A stretch of DNA of 64,000 nt from Acetobacteraceae bacterium (GTDB lineage Bacteria; Pseudomonadota; Alphaproteobacteria; Acetobacterales; Acetobacteraceae): positions 984,019-1,048,018 of the forward strand of contig CBDARA010000002.1 in assembly GCA_965199345.1 (NCBI GenBank), given 5' to 3'. The position numbers were made by a program, and so were the translations under genes. This document shows positions 18,992 through 28,687 of this stretch, one piece after another. Position 1 is the stretch's first letter. Each line of letters begins with the position of its first letter. The notes under the pieces were generated by a model, which did no database searches, was not told the origin of the DNA, and saw only the letters and a list, made by a program, of their open reading frames with translations.

Positions 18992-20740
18992 ATGACGCGA
19001 TCGAGACGGGTGCCGACCGACGCCGAACGCGCCGCGGCGGATTGGACGAAGGCCGAGAAACGCGCCGGAAAACACGCCGCGCGTCGCGTCGTCGCCCTCG
19101 GGACGGTCGGGGTCGTACTGGCGCTCGCCCAGGCCTGGTGCATCGCGCTCGTGCTCGGGCCGCTGGTCGCGTCGCTGACCACCGCGCCGCGGGCGGCCGC
19201 GCTCGCGCATCCCTGGGCGCCGCTGTTCGGCTTCACGGTCGCGGCGCTGCTGCGGGCCGCGGTGCAGTTCGCGGGCGCGACCGCCGCCGCGTCGCTCGGC
19301 GCCGACGCGCGCCGGCGCCTCCGCACCGACGGGTTGGGACGCGTGCTCGCGGCCGGCCCCGCCGCACTCCGCGGCCGCGCGACCGGGGACCTCGTCACGC
19401 TGCTGGTCGACGGGGTGGAAGGCCTCGACGGCTTCTACGCGCGCTGGCTGCCGTCCGCCGGGCTCGCGATCGCCGGCCCGTTGATCGTGCTGCTCGCCGT
19501 CCTGCTGGTCGACTGGCGGGCGGCCCTGGTGCTGCTCGCGGCCGGCCTGCTGGTGCCGTTTCTGCAGGCGGTGTTCGGGATCGGCGCGGCGCAGGCCTCG
19601 CGTCGCCAGTTCACCGCGCTTTCGCGCCTGCAGGTGCGCTTCCTCGACCGCATGCGCGGCATCGGCACGCTGGTGCTCTCGGGGGCGGAGGCGCGCGAGG
19701 CGGCGTCGCTCGGGCGCGCCGCCGACGAGCTCCGGATGCGGACGATGCGGATCCTGCGGGTCGCCTTCCTGTCCTCGACCGCGCTCGACCTCGCGCTCGT
19801 CGCCTCCCTCGTCGCCATCGCGCTGCTCGACCGGCGCGCGCTGCTCGGGCATCCGGGCCCGATGCGGGCGGCGTCCGCGCTGTTCGCGCTGATCGCCGTG
19901 CCGGAGTTCTTCGCGCCGCTGCGCGCCTTCGCGCTCGCCTACCAGGACAAGCACCGGCTCTCGACGGCGGCCGAGCAGATGGCGCTGCTTCCCGAGGCCG
20001 AACTCGCGGCCGCGGCCCTCGCGACGCCCGCGATCCGGACCGTCGAGGCGCGTGGCGTGAGCGTCGCGTTCGACAAGGTCGGGTTCGCGTGGGACGCCTC
20101 GCGCGGCCGCGTTCTCGACAATCTGAGCTTCCGGGTGCCGAGCGGCGAGACGGCGCTGCTGGTGGGACCGTCGGGCGCGGGCAAATCGACCGTCATCGAG
20201 ATGCTGCTCGGCTTCGTGCGGGCGTCGGAAGGCAGCATCACCCTGAACGGGGCGCCGATCGAGACGATCGTGCCGCAGGCGCTGTCGCGCCTCACCGCCT
20301 GGATCGGCCAGCATCCGGTGCTGTTCGCCGGCACGATGGGGGAGAACATCCGCTTCGCCCGTCCGGACGCGAGCGAGGCGGAGTTCGCCGATGCGCTTCG
20401 CGCGGCGAGGCTCGACACGCTGATCGCGTCCCTGCCGGACGGGCTCGACACCCGTCTCGGCGACGGCGGCTACGGCCTGTCCGGTGGCCAGGCGCAGCGG
20501 GTCGCGGTGGCGCGCGCCTTTCTCAGGAACGCGCCGTTGCTGCTGCTCGACGAGCCGACCGCGCATCTCGACCCGGCGACGGAGGGTGAGCTGCTCGAGA
20601 GCCTGCGGCGTCTCGCGCTCGGCCGCACGGTGATCCTCGCGAGCCATTCCGCGGCGGCGCACGCGTTCGCCGGCCGGCGGATCGAGCTCGCGGCGCCGTC
20701 CCGCGCGCGCGCGGCGACGCCGGCGACGGTCGGCGCATGA
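18992..20740 (+). CDS. cydD: thiol-reductant ABC exporter subunit CydD
   Basis: 582 aa. TM domain plus NBD (GPSGAGKSTVIEML, LSGGQAQRVAVARAF, LLLLDEPTAHLD). ATGA overlap with the next gene. Confidence 0.85.
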   Translation: MTRSRRVPTDAERAAADWTKAEKRAGKHAARRVVALGTVGVVLALAQAWCIALVLGPLVASLTTAPRAAALAHPWAPLFGFTVAALLRAAVQFAGATAAASLGADARRRLRTDGLGRVLAAGPAALRGRATGDLVTLLVDGVEGLDGFYARWLPSAGLAIAGPLIVLLAVLLVDWRAALVLLAAGLLVPFLQAVFGIGAAQASRRQFTALSRLQVRFLDRMRGIGTLVLSGAEAREAASLGRAADELRMRTMRILRVAFLSSTALDLALVASLVAIALLDRRALLGHPGPMRAASALFALIAVPEFFAPLRAFALAYQDKHRLSTAAEQMALLPEAELAAAALATPAIRTVEARGVSVAFDKVGFAWDASRGRVLDNLSFRVPSGETALLVGPSGAGKSTVIEMLLGFVRASEGSITLNGAPIETIVPQALSRLTAWIGQHPVLFAGTMGENIRFARPDASEAEFADALRAARLDTLIASLPDGLDTRLGDGGYGLSGGQAQRVAVARAFLRNAPLLLLDEPTAHLDPATEGELLESLRRLALGRTVILASHSAAAHAFAGRRIELAAPSRARAATPATVGA

Positions 20741-22506
20741 GCGCCGCATCGCCGGACGCGGCGCCGGCCGGCCTTCCTGCCGAGCCGGGCACGATGCCGG
20801 GCACGATCGCCGCCCTCCGGGTCATCCTCGGCCTGTGGCGGCCGCGCGCCGGCCGCCTCGCCGCCGGCGCCGCCCTCTCGGTCGCCTCCGTCCTCGTCGG
20901 CGTCGCCCTGCTCGCGCTGGCCGGCGGCACGACGGTCGCGAGCGCCGGCGGCGGTTCCGGCGCGGCTCCGCACGCGGTGCTCCGGATCGCCGGCATCGTC
21001 CTCCTCGCCGGGGCGAGCCTGCGGGCGCTCGGCCTGCTCCGCCTGCTGCTCCGCTACGTGGATCGCCTCGCGACGCACGACGCCACCTTCCGCGCGCTCG
21101 CCGACACCCGCGTCTGGTTCTTCCGGCGGGTCGCCGCCAGCGCCGCCTCCGGCCTCGGCTACCGGCGCTCGGCGGACCTGCTGTCGCGGCTGGTCGCCGA
21201 CGTCGAGGTGCTCGACTCGCTCTTTCTCCGCATCACCGTGCCGCTGCTCGGCGCGCTCGCGGTGCTGCCGTTCCTGGTCTGGATGCTGGCGCGGCGGGAT
21301 CTCGCGCTCGCGCTGGTCGTGGGGGCGCTGTTCCTCGCCGCCGCGGCGGTCGTGCCGGCGGTGGCCGCTCGCCTGGCGGGGCGCGCCGGCGAGCGTCTCG
21401 GCGCCCGCAGGAGCGCGTTGCGGGTGGCGGTGCTCGACGCGGTCGCGGGACTGCGCGAGGTGCGGGCCTTCGGCGCCGAGGGCCGCGTGCTCGCGTCGGC
21501 CCAGGCGCGCGAGGCGGTCCTGATCACGACGCAGCTCGAAGCCGCGCGCCGTTCGGCGATCGCCGACGCAGCCGGCTTCCTGCTCGGCCAGGCGGCGCTG
21601 CTCGCGGTGCTGGCCGCGATCGCGACCGGGCTCGCCGCCGGTGGCGCGCCCGGCCTGAGCTTCGCCGTGATCGCGGTGTTCATCGTGCTCGCGTCGTTCG
21701 AGACGGCGACGCCGCTGCCGCGCGCGGGCGTGCTCGCGGGCGAGGCGGCGGCGGCGGCGCGGCGGGTGGTCGCGGCGGCGGCGCCTCCTGCCGATCCGGG
21801 CACCCGGCCGCGCGGCGGGGCGATGCGAGCGGTGCCGGACGACCACCTTCTCCGGTTCGAGCATGTCCGTTTCGGCTGGACCCCTGGCCGGCCGGTGCTC
21901 GACGGCGTGACGTTCGAGGTGCCGGCCGGCAGCCGCGTCGCCATCCTCGGTCCGTCCGGCGCCGGCAAGAGCACGATCGCGTCGCTTGCCCTCGGCCTTG
22001 CCGGCGCCGACGCGGGACGCGTGACGCTGGGCGGCGTCGACGTCTCGACGATCGAGCCGCTCGCGCTCCGGCGCACCATCACGCTGCTGAACCAGGCGAG
22101 CCACCTGTTCGCCGACTCGATCAGGGCCAATCTCCTGATCGGCCGCCCGGAGGCGACCGACGAGGAGATCTGGGCGGCGCTCGAGCAGGCCGCGATCGGG
22201 CGCTGGGTGCGATCGCTTCCGGACGGGCTGTCGACCTGGCTCGGCGAAGGGGGGCACACGGTGTCCGGCGGGCAGGGGCGCCGGATCGCGCTCGCGCGCG
22301 CGCTGCTCGCGACGGCGCCGATCCTGATCCTCGACGAGCCCGCCGCCGGGCTCGACGCCGAGGCCGAGGCGGCGTTCTTCGGGGCGCTGAACGAGGGTGC
22401 GTCGGGCCGGACCGTCATCCTGATCGCGCATCGTCTCACCGGCGTCGAGCGGATCGACCGGATCTGGCGCCTGGCGGGCGGCAAGGCGGCCGCCGCGGCC
22501 GCCTGA
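20737..22506 (+). CDS. cydC: thiol-reductant ABC exporter subunit CydC
   Basis: 589 aa. TM domain plus NBD (GPSGAGKSTIASL, VSGGQGRRIALARAL, ILILDEPAAGLD). Confidence 0.85.
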   Translation: MSAASPDAAPAGLPAEPGTMPGTIAALRVILGLWRPRAGRLAAGAALSVASVLVGVALLALAGGTTVASAGGGSGAAPHAVLRIAGIVLLAGASLRALGLLRLLLRYVDRLATHDATFRALADTRVWFFRRVAASAASGLGYRRSADLLSRLVADVEVLDSLFLRITVPLLGALAVLPFLVWMLARRDLALALVVGALFLAAAAVVPAVAARLAGRAGERLGARRSALRVAVLDAVAGLREVRAFGAEGRVLASAQAREAVLITTQLEAARRSAIADAAGFLLGQAALLAVLAAIATGLAAGGAPGLSFAVIAVFIVLASFETATPLPRAGVLAGEAAAAARRVVAAAAPPADPGTRPRGGAMRAVPDDHLLRFEHVRFGWTPGRPVLDGVTFEVPAGSRVAILGPSGAGKSTIASLALGLAGADAGRVTLGGVDVSTIEPLALRRTITLLNQASHLFADSIRANLLIGRPEATDEEIWAALEQAAIGRWVRSLPDGLSTWLGEGGHTVSGGQGRRIALARALLATAPILILDEPAAGLDAEAEAAFFGALNEGASGRTVILIAHRLTGVERIDRIWRLAGGKAAAAAA

Positions 22507-22639
22507 GAACCCGATCCGCGCGTCGCATCCCCGCGCGTGCCGCCCCGGGACGGCGCCTCGCGTGGCCGCCGCTCACGCCACCCGATTGACGGACGCCGCA
22601 GGGCTGGCGCACCAAGCGCTCGGTCTTGAAGGAACAGTC

Positions 22640-23023
22640 ATGCGCCGCACCCTGTTCGTCGTGTTCGGTGGCCTGCTCGCCGCCGCCTGCGTTCCCACGA
22701 CGTCGCCGAGCCCGAAGATCGTGATCTTCTTCGGCCATGCCAGCGCGGCCCTGGATCAGCCCGCCCTGAGCCTGGTCACGGAGGCGGCGAAGCGGGCGGC
22801 GGCCGATCCGGCCTCCCTGGTGACGGTCGCCGGCTATGCCGCCAACAACGGCGACACCGATGCCGACGAGATGCTGGCGGCCAAGCGCGCGCAGGTCGTC
22901 GCCGCCCTGCTCGAGCAGGACGGCGTGGCCCCGAGCCGCGTGTCGATCGTGCCGCGCGCGCCGAACAACGAGAACCCGCCGATCGCCTCGCGTCGGGTCG
23001 AGATCACGGTCGGCGGCTCCTGA
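22640..23023 (+). CDS. OmpA-domain lipoprotein
   Basis: ATG 22640 follows GAAGGAA. Signal peptide with lipobox (MRRTLFVVFGGLLAAAC). OmpA_C-like region (VTVAGYAANNGDTDADEMLAAKRAQVV...RRVEI). Confidence 0.75.
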   Translation: MRRTLFVVFGGLLAAACVPTTSPSPKIVIFFGHASAALDQPALSLVTEAAKRAAADPASLVTVAGYAANNGDTDADEMLAAKRAQVVAALLEQDGVAPSRVSIVPRAPNNENPPIASRRVEITVGGS

Positions 23024-24858
23024 ACACCGCGCCGCGCGGGACGCCGCTCGAAATCCTTCGCTCGGTCTTCGGCTTCCCGGCCTTCCGGGGGCTGCAGGCC
23101 GACGCGGTCGAGCGCGTGATGGCGGGCGGCGACGCGCTGGTGCTGATGCCGACCGGCGGCGGCAAGAGCCTCTGCTATCAGTTGCCGGCGCTCTGCCGGG
23201 ACGGCATGGGCCTCGTCGTGTCGCCGCTGATCGCGTTGATGGACGACCAGGTCGCCGCCATGCGCCAGCTCGGCGTGCGCGCCGCGGCACTGCACTCGGA
23301 GCTGGACGAGGACGAGCTCGCCGGCACGCGGGACGCCATGGCGGCGGGACGTCTCGAGCTGCTGTACGTGTCGCCCGAGCGCCTGCTCGGCGGCAACCTG
23401 CTCGAACGCCTGTCGCGGCGCACGCTGTCGCTGATCGCCATCGACGAGGCGCATTGCGTGTCGGCCTGGGGTCACGAGTTCCGTCCCGAATACCGCGCGC
23501 TCGCCTGCCTGCCGGAACGGCTGCCCGGCGTGCCGCGGATCGCGCTGACCGCGACCGCCGACGAGCGGACGCGCGCCGACATCATCGGCGCGCTGGCGAT
23601 GCCGGACGCCGCCGTGTTCGCCGCGAGTTTCCACCGCGCGAACCTCCACCTCACGGCCGTCCCGAAGGAGCGCGAGGCACGCCAGCTCGAGGTGTTCCTC
23701 GCGCGTCACGAGGGTTCGGCCGGGATCGTCTATTGCGGCTCGCGCGAGAAGACGGAGCGGATCGCGGCGGGGCTGCGCGGACAGGGACGGAACGCGGTGC
23801 CGTTCCATGCCCGCCTCTCGCCAGGCGAGAAGCGCGCGGCGCTCGACCGCTTCCGTTCGGGCGAGATGATCGTGATCGTCGCGACCATCGCCTTCGGCAT
23901 GGGGGTCGACCGTCCGGACGTCCGCTTCGTCGTGCATCTCGACATGCCGGACAGTCCGGAAGCCTATTACCAGCAGATCGGCCGCGCCGGACGTGACGGG
24001 CTGCCGGCCGAGACCTTGCTCCTGCACGGCGCCGACGACATCGCGCGCGCCCGCTACTGGCTCGACCAGAGCCAGGCGCCGGAAACCGAGAAGCGGGTGA
24101 TGGCGTCGCGCCTCGAAGGCATGATCGGGCTGTCGGAAACGGCCGGCTGCCGCACCGGCGCGCTGCTCGCCTGCTTCGGCGAGCAGCTCGGCGGGCCTTG
24201 CCAGCACTGCGACAACTGCGCGTCTCCGGTCGCGCTGCTCGACGGCACGATTGCCGCCCAGAAGGTGCTGTCGGCGGCGTGGCGCACCGGCCAGCGTTTC
24301 GGGGCCGGTCACCTCGTCGACGTGCTGCGCGGCAAGGACACCGAGGCGGTGCGTCGGCACGGGCATGACGCGCTGCCGACGTTCGGGATCGGGCGCGCGG
24401 AGCCGGAACGGTTCTGGCGCGGCGTCGTGCGCGCGCTCCTCGCGCGCGGGGCGCTGCGGCGCGACCCGGAACATGGCGGCTTGCAGTTCGACGGCGACGC
24501 GCGCGCCCTGCTCAAGGGCGAGCGCACGCTGATGCTGAAGGAGGAGCGTGCGGCCATCCCCACGGCCACGCGGACCGGTGCCGGCGGGGTGGCCGAGCCG
24601 CTCGCGCCCGATGCCGAGCGCCTGTTCGAGCAGCTGCGGAGCTGGCGGGCAGGCGAGGCGCGCGCGCAATCGGTGCCGCCCTACGTCATCTTCCACGACA
24701 GCGTGCTGCGCGAGATCGCCGAGCGGCGGCCGGCAGGTCGCGACGGGCTCGCGAGCGTCCGCGGCGTCGGCACCTCGAAGCTCGACCGTTACGGCACCGC
24801 CCTGCTCGGGATCCTCGCCGACAGCGCCGCGCGTGCCGACCTGCCGGCCTCGTCCTGA
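23020..24858 (+). CDS. recQ: ATP-dependent DNA helicase RecQ (5' end unresolved; CTG 23020 proposed)
   Basis: Motif 0/I (FGFPAFRGLQADAV...LMPTGGGKSLCYQLPA), DEAH box (IAIDEAHCVS), Zn-finger Cys cluster (CRTGALLACFGE...CQHCDNC) and HRDC tail. The first ATG/GTG/TTG (23116) lies after motif 0. Confidence 0.85.
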   Translation: MNTAPRGTPLEILRSVFGFPAFRGLQADAVERVMAGGDALVLMPTGGGKSLCYQLPALCRDGMGLVVSPLIALMDDQVAAMRQLGVRAAALHSELDEDELAGTRDAMAAGRLELLYVSPERLLGGNLLERLSRRTLSLIAIDEAHCVSAWGHEFRPEYRALACLPERLPGVPRIALTATADERTRADIIGALAMPDAAVFAASFHRANLHLTAVPKEREARQLEVFLARHEGSAGIVYCGSREKTERIAAGLRGQGRNAVPFHARLSPGEKRAALDRFRSGEMIVIVATIAFGMGVDRPDVRFVVHLDMPDSPEAYYQQIGRAGRDGLPAETLLLHGADDIARARYWLDQSQAPETEKRVMASRLEGMIGLSETAGCRTGALLACFGEQLGGPCQHCDNCASPVALLDGTIAAQKVLSAAWRTGQRFGAGHLVDVLRGKDTEAVRRHGHDALPTFGIGRAEPERFWRGVVRALLARGALRRDPEHGGLQFDGDARALLKGERTLMLKEERAAIPTATRTGAGGVAEPLAPDAERLFEQLRSWRAGEARAQSVPPYVIFHDSVLREIAERRPAGRDGLASVRGVGTSKLDRYGTALLGILADSAARADLPASS

Positions 24859-24861
24859 CGC

Positions 24862-25350
24862 CTACGCGGTCGCGAGCAGGCCCTCGATCGCCGATCTGAG
24901 GCGGGCGGGCTTGATCGCCGGGGCGTAGCGGGCGCGGACCACGCCGGCACGGTCGACGAGGAACTTCGTGAAGTTCCATTTCACCGCCGCCGAGCCGAGC
25001 AGGCCGGGCTTCTCGTCCTTGAGGTGGCGGAACAGCGGATGCGCGCCCGCGCCGTTCACCTCGACCTTGGCGAAGACGGGGAAGGTGACGTCGTAGCGGG
25101 TCTGGCAGAAACTCTGGATGGCGCCGTCTTCGCCCGGTTCCTGGTTCGCGAACTGGTTGCATGGAAAGCCGAGCACCGAGAAGCCGCGCGCGCCGTATTC
25201 GCGCTGCAACGCCTCGAGCCCCTCGTATTGCGGCGTGAAGCCGCAGCGGCTCGCGGTGTTGACGACGAGCAGCACCTGCCCGCGGAACTGCGCGAGCGCC
25301 AGGTCCTGTCCGTCCACGGTCTTCGCGGTGAACTCATGGACGCCGGTCAT
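24862..25350 (-). CDS. gpx: glutathione peroxidase
   Basis: 162 aa from ATG 25350 (RBS GAGGAGAG). Motifs VNTASRCGFTPQY, GFPCNQF, KWNFTKFLV. Confidence 0.9.
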   Translation of the reverse strand: MTGVHEFTAKTVDGQDLALAQFRGQVLLVVNTASRCGFTPQYEGLEALQREYGARGFSVLGFPCNQFANQEPGEDGAIQSFCQTRYDVTFPVFAKVEVNGAGAHPLFRHLKDEKPGLLGSAAVKWNFTKFLVDRAGVVRARYAPAIKPARLRSAIEGLLATA

Positions 25351-25435
25351 CGCGTGCTCTCCTCGGCAGGCAGGTGCGGAACGATCCGCCGGGCCGCGCG
25401 ATGTCGGATTTCCACGCGGCGAGCGGAGATGCAAG

Positions 25436-25648
25436 GTGGCCAAGAAGGAACTCAAGCCGGGCGAGACGGTGACCTGGGGGACGTCGCAGGGCGAGACCCA
25501 CGGGAAGGTCGAGAAGAAGATCACCTCGACGACCAAGATCAAGGGACACACGGCGAAGGCGTCCAAGGACAATCCGGAATACGTCGTCAAGAGCGACAAG
25601 ACCGGGGCGAAGGCCGCGCACAAGCCGGAAGAGCTGAAGAAACGCTAG
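25436..25648 (+). CDS. DUF2945 (HVA tudor-like) small protein
   Basis: GTG 25436 follows GGAG. Sequence VAKKELKPGETVTWGTSQGETHGKVEKKITSTTKIKGHTAKASKDNPEYVVKSDKTGAKAAHKPEELKK matches the family as I remember it. Confidence 0.75.
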   Translation: MAKKELKPGETVTWGTSQGETHGKVEKKITSTTKIKGHTAKASKDNPEYVVKSDKTGAKAAHKPEELKKR

Positions 25649-25715
25649 AGCAATCCGCCTGAGACAAGTTTTTAGGCTGGATCGCGACCGACGGTCCGAC
25701 CGGCATCGAACTCGG

Positions 25716-26036
25716 TCAACCGTGGCCGAGCAGGGTCGCGCGCAACCGCCGGCACGCCCGCAGGTCGCGCTCGTCGCAATGCGATCGGTCGCGTTCGATC
25801 TCGGCGCGGGACAGGCGGACCTCGCCTCGCCCTTCTCTCGGGTGGCGGCGATGGTGGGCGATCCATCGGGCATGGGCGCGACGGACGCGAGCGTGCCGAT
25901 GATCATGCGAGGAGGACAGATCGAAGGCGACGACCAGGGGAGCGCAGGCAGGCGCGGGCTTGGCTTCGCGGGCGCAGCTGCTCAACGCGACGACGGTCAG
26001 CGCGGTCGCGAAACGCAGCGCCTGCGTCCGCATCAT
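25716..26036 (-). CDS. hypothetical lipoprotein, His/Arg-rich
   Basis: MMRTQALRFATALTVVALSSC has a lipobox-like signal. Third-position GC is very high in this frame. No family recognised. Confidence 0.4.
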   Translation of the reverse strand: MMRTQALRFATALTVVALSSCAREAKPAPACAPLVVAFDLSSSHDHRHARVRRAHARWIAHHRRHPREGRGEVRLSRAEIERDRSHCDERDLRACRRLRATLLGHG

Positions 26037-26407
26037 GATCGGACCGGATGACGATGGAATCGCATTCGTTGCAACACGAATGCGAACCCGTGTCGCGGTC
26101 AACCCCCGCTGGCCTTCGGCCCCGCGAGCGCGCGCCCGATGTGCCGGACGGACGCGCCCGGCCCGGGCCGATCCGGTCCGGTCGACGTCGGGCGATCGAC
26201 CGCCTGTTCGCAGCTTGCGGCGGCATCTTCGCCGGAAAGACCGAGGACAGGAGCAGGCACGTCGGTGTCCGCGCGCCGATCCTCGATCGCCGATGGCAGC
26301 GGCATCCGATGTTTTGGGTCCGGACGACCGGCAGGCCTACCGCGCGTCGCTGATCATCGGGAGCGGCGAGCCGGCGCGGCGCAGGACCTTGACGGGCCGC
26401 GCGCGCG

Positions 26408-26860
26408 TCAGTCGCGATGGAGCGGATCGATCCATCGCACCGCTTCCGGCGGTTCGGCGGGCGTGATGTCGAGGTTCACCACGGTCGCCGTGCTGTCGGA
26501 GCGGACGAGAACGCATTCGAGCGTCTCGTGCGCCGAGGCGTTGATCTCCTGGTGCGGCACGAAAGGCGGCACGTAGATGAAGTCGCCCGGTCCGGCTTCG
26601 GCGACGAACTCGAGCTGCTCGCCCCAGCGCATCCTGGCGCGACCCCGGATCACGTAGATCACGCTCTCGAGCGCGCCGTGGTGGTGCGCGCCGGTCTTGG
26701 CGTCGGGATGGATGTGGACGGTCCCCGCCCAGAGCTTCCGCGCGCCGGTTCGCGCGAAGTCGATCGCGACCGCACGGTCCATCCCGGCGGTCTGGGCGGT
26801 CGCTTCGGAAAGCTGGCCCGCCCCGATCACGCGAACGCCGTCGTTGCGCCAATCCGTCAT
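26408..26860 (-). CDS. cupin domain protein
   Basis: 150 aa from ATG 26860 (RBS GAGGGAAG). Cupin motifs (GAHHHGALESVIYVIRG..., GDFIYVPPFVPHQE). Confidence 0.8.
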   Translation of the reverse strand: MTDWRNDGVRVIGAGQLSEATAQTAGMDRAVAIDFARTGARKLWAGTVHIHPDAKTGAHHHGALESVIYVIRGRARMRWGEQLEFVAEAGPGDFIYVPPFVPHQEINASAHETLECVLVRSDSTATVVNLDITPAEPPEAVRWIDPLHRD

Positions 26861-27029
26861 AAGTCTTCCCTCGATCGCGGCGGCCCGGCGACCGCGCCGC
26901 GCGGCCGTTTCAGTCTCGCCCAAGCCGTCGACACCGCCGAGCGGCGCCGACGGCGGCGATGTGCCGGGATGCGGGAGCTGTCGCGATCTCGGGGAAGCGC
27001 GCCGTGCGCGGCGCCGACACCGCGGACGC

Positions 27030-27803
27030 TCACCAGCAGGTGTAGCCGCCATCGGCGAGTACGATCGATCCCGTCATCAGGCTCGACGCGTCGGACGCGA
27101 GGAACAGCACCACGGACGCGATCTCGTCGGGTTGTCCCACCCGGCCCATCGGCGTCATCTCGAGCCAGGTGTCGCGCATCGCCTGGTCCTGCATGCCGAA
27201 CAGGGTGAGCGGCGTCTCGACATAGGTCGGCGCGACCGCGTTGACCCTGACGCCGCGCGACGCCCACTCCGCCGCGAGGCTCCGCGTCAGATGGTGCACG
27301 CCCGCCTTGGCGGCGTTGTAGGACGCCTGCTGCTGCGGCCTGACGCAGATCTCGCCCGACATCGAGCCGACGTTGACGATCACGCCGCGTCCGCGCCCGA
27401 GCATCGCGCGGCCGAAGGCGCGGCAGCACCAGAAGACACCGTCGAGGTTGACGTCGAGGACCGCGCGCCAGTCGGCGTCGCTCACGGTCTCGGCCGGGAT
27501 GCCGCTTTTGGCGATCCCGGCGTTGGCGACCAGGATGTCGACCGCGCCGAAGCGCGTTTCGAGCGCGGCGGCGGCGCGCTCGACCTGCTCGGCGTCCGTG
27601 ACGTCGAGCGCGATCGCGTCGGCGTCGGCGCCGCTCGCGCGCAGTCGCGCGGCCGCCGTCTCGGCGGCCGGGCCGTCGCGATCGGCGAGCACCACGCGCG
27701 CGCCGGCCTCGGCGAGCGCTTCGGCGCACGCCAGACCGATGCCGCGGGCGCCGCCCGTGACGATCGCGGTGCGGCCCCGAAGGCTGAATTTCTGCAGATA
27801 CAC
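27030..27803 (-). CDS. SDR family oxidoreductase
   Basis: 257 aa. Motifs TGGARGIG, NAG, and the catalytic YNAAK. Confidence 0.9.
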   Translation of the reverse strand: MYLQKFSLRGRTAIVTGGARGIGLACAEALAEAGARVVLADRDGPAAETAAARLRASGADADAIALDVTDAEQVERAAAALETRFGAVDILVANAGIAKSGIPAETVSDADWRAVLDVNLDGVFWCCRAFGRAMLGRGRGVIVNVGSMSGEICVRPQQQASYNAAKAGVHHLTRSLAAEWASRGVRVNAVAPTYVETPLTLFGMQDQAMRDTWLEMTPMGRVGQPDEIASVVLFLASDASSLMTGSIVLADGGYTCW

Positions 27804-27894
27804 GACGCGCCTCCTTCACTCGACCTGGTGCAGCGGGGTGACCGCCGATCGTCTCCGGTCGCGCGGATCGGCGCCGGCAGGGTCGGCGCGGCGT

Positions 27895-28398
27895 TTAACG
27901 CGACCAGGCGGCGATCTGGTCGGCGACGGCCTGCGCCGTCATCGATCGGTCGTTGGCCAGCGCCGTCGGGTCGGACGGGTTCAGCAGCGTGCCGTCGGGG
28001 GCGATGGCGAGCACCGTCGGGACGGCCGCGATCTTGATGCCCCAACGTTCGGCGATGTCGAGATTGCGGTCGAACCGCCCGATATCGATCGACGCGGTCA
28101 CGACGTGAGCCGTGAGCCAGGTGTGCATGGCCGGTTCCGCGAACACGCCCGCCAGCATGCGGCAGTCCGGGCACCAGTTGCCGCCGAAGGCGAGCAGCAC
28201 CGTCCGGTGTTCCTGCCGGCCGCGCGCGAGGGCGGCGTCGGTCACGGCCCGGGCGTCGGCGTTCGTGTCGTAAGGGTGAGCCGCGGGTGGCGCGAGACCG
28301 GCCGGCAGCATCGGCGGTGGCACGGACGCGCGCGACGCCGATCCGGCGAGGCAGCACAGCAGCAGCGGGAGGGCCGGCAGGACATGTCGAGGGCGCAT
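27895..28398 (-). CDS. secreted thioredoxin-fold protein (WCPDC)
   Basis: 167 aa from ATG 28398. Signal peptide (MRPRHVLPALPLLLCCLAGSA). Active site GGNWCPDCR. Confidence 0.8.
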   Translation of the reverse strand: MRPRHVLPALPLLLCCLAGSASRASVPPPMLPAGLAPPAAHPYDTNADARAVTDAALARGRQEHRTVLLAFGGNWCPDCRMLAGVFAEPAMHTWLTAHVVTASIDIGRFDRNLDIAERWGIKIAAVPTVLAIAPDGTLLNPSDPTALANDRSMTAQAVADQIAAWSR

Positions 28399-28687
28399 GA
28401 CGACCGGTTTGTCGTGGGACCGGGACACTGTCCAGTCCGAACGCGAGGGATCGGGCCGGATCGGAGCGCCCACCCGAGCGCGGCCGAGACGGCTCTGACG
28501 GAGCGATCGCCGTTCGATCGGACGCGCGTCGCGCTCGGACGTATGACGCAACCTGATGCGCGTTCCCGCGGCCGGTCGGCCAAAGGAGGACGGACGCCAC
28601 CTTCTGCGACAACGATCGCCTCGGACCGGTGTCCACCCCGGCGCCGTCGCGTATGAGCACGCGGCTGCGCGCGTTCGTCGGCGGGTC

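Noticed and set aside
16919-22431. Very long minus-strand ORFs (16919-20749, 1276 aa; 20470-22431, 653 aa) across the kinase and cydDC.
   Set aside because: Extreme Arg/Gly/Pro content and no domains, antisense to well-supported genes. The tandem peptide repeats they show are just the reverse-frame reading of the DNA repeats reported above.
25024-25662. Plus-strand ORFs 25024-25662 and 25118-25648 as long genes overlapping gpx.
   Set aside because: Only the last 70 codons of the 25118 frame (from GTG 25436) look like a real DUF2945 protein. The rest is antisense to gpx.
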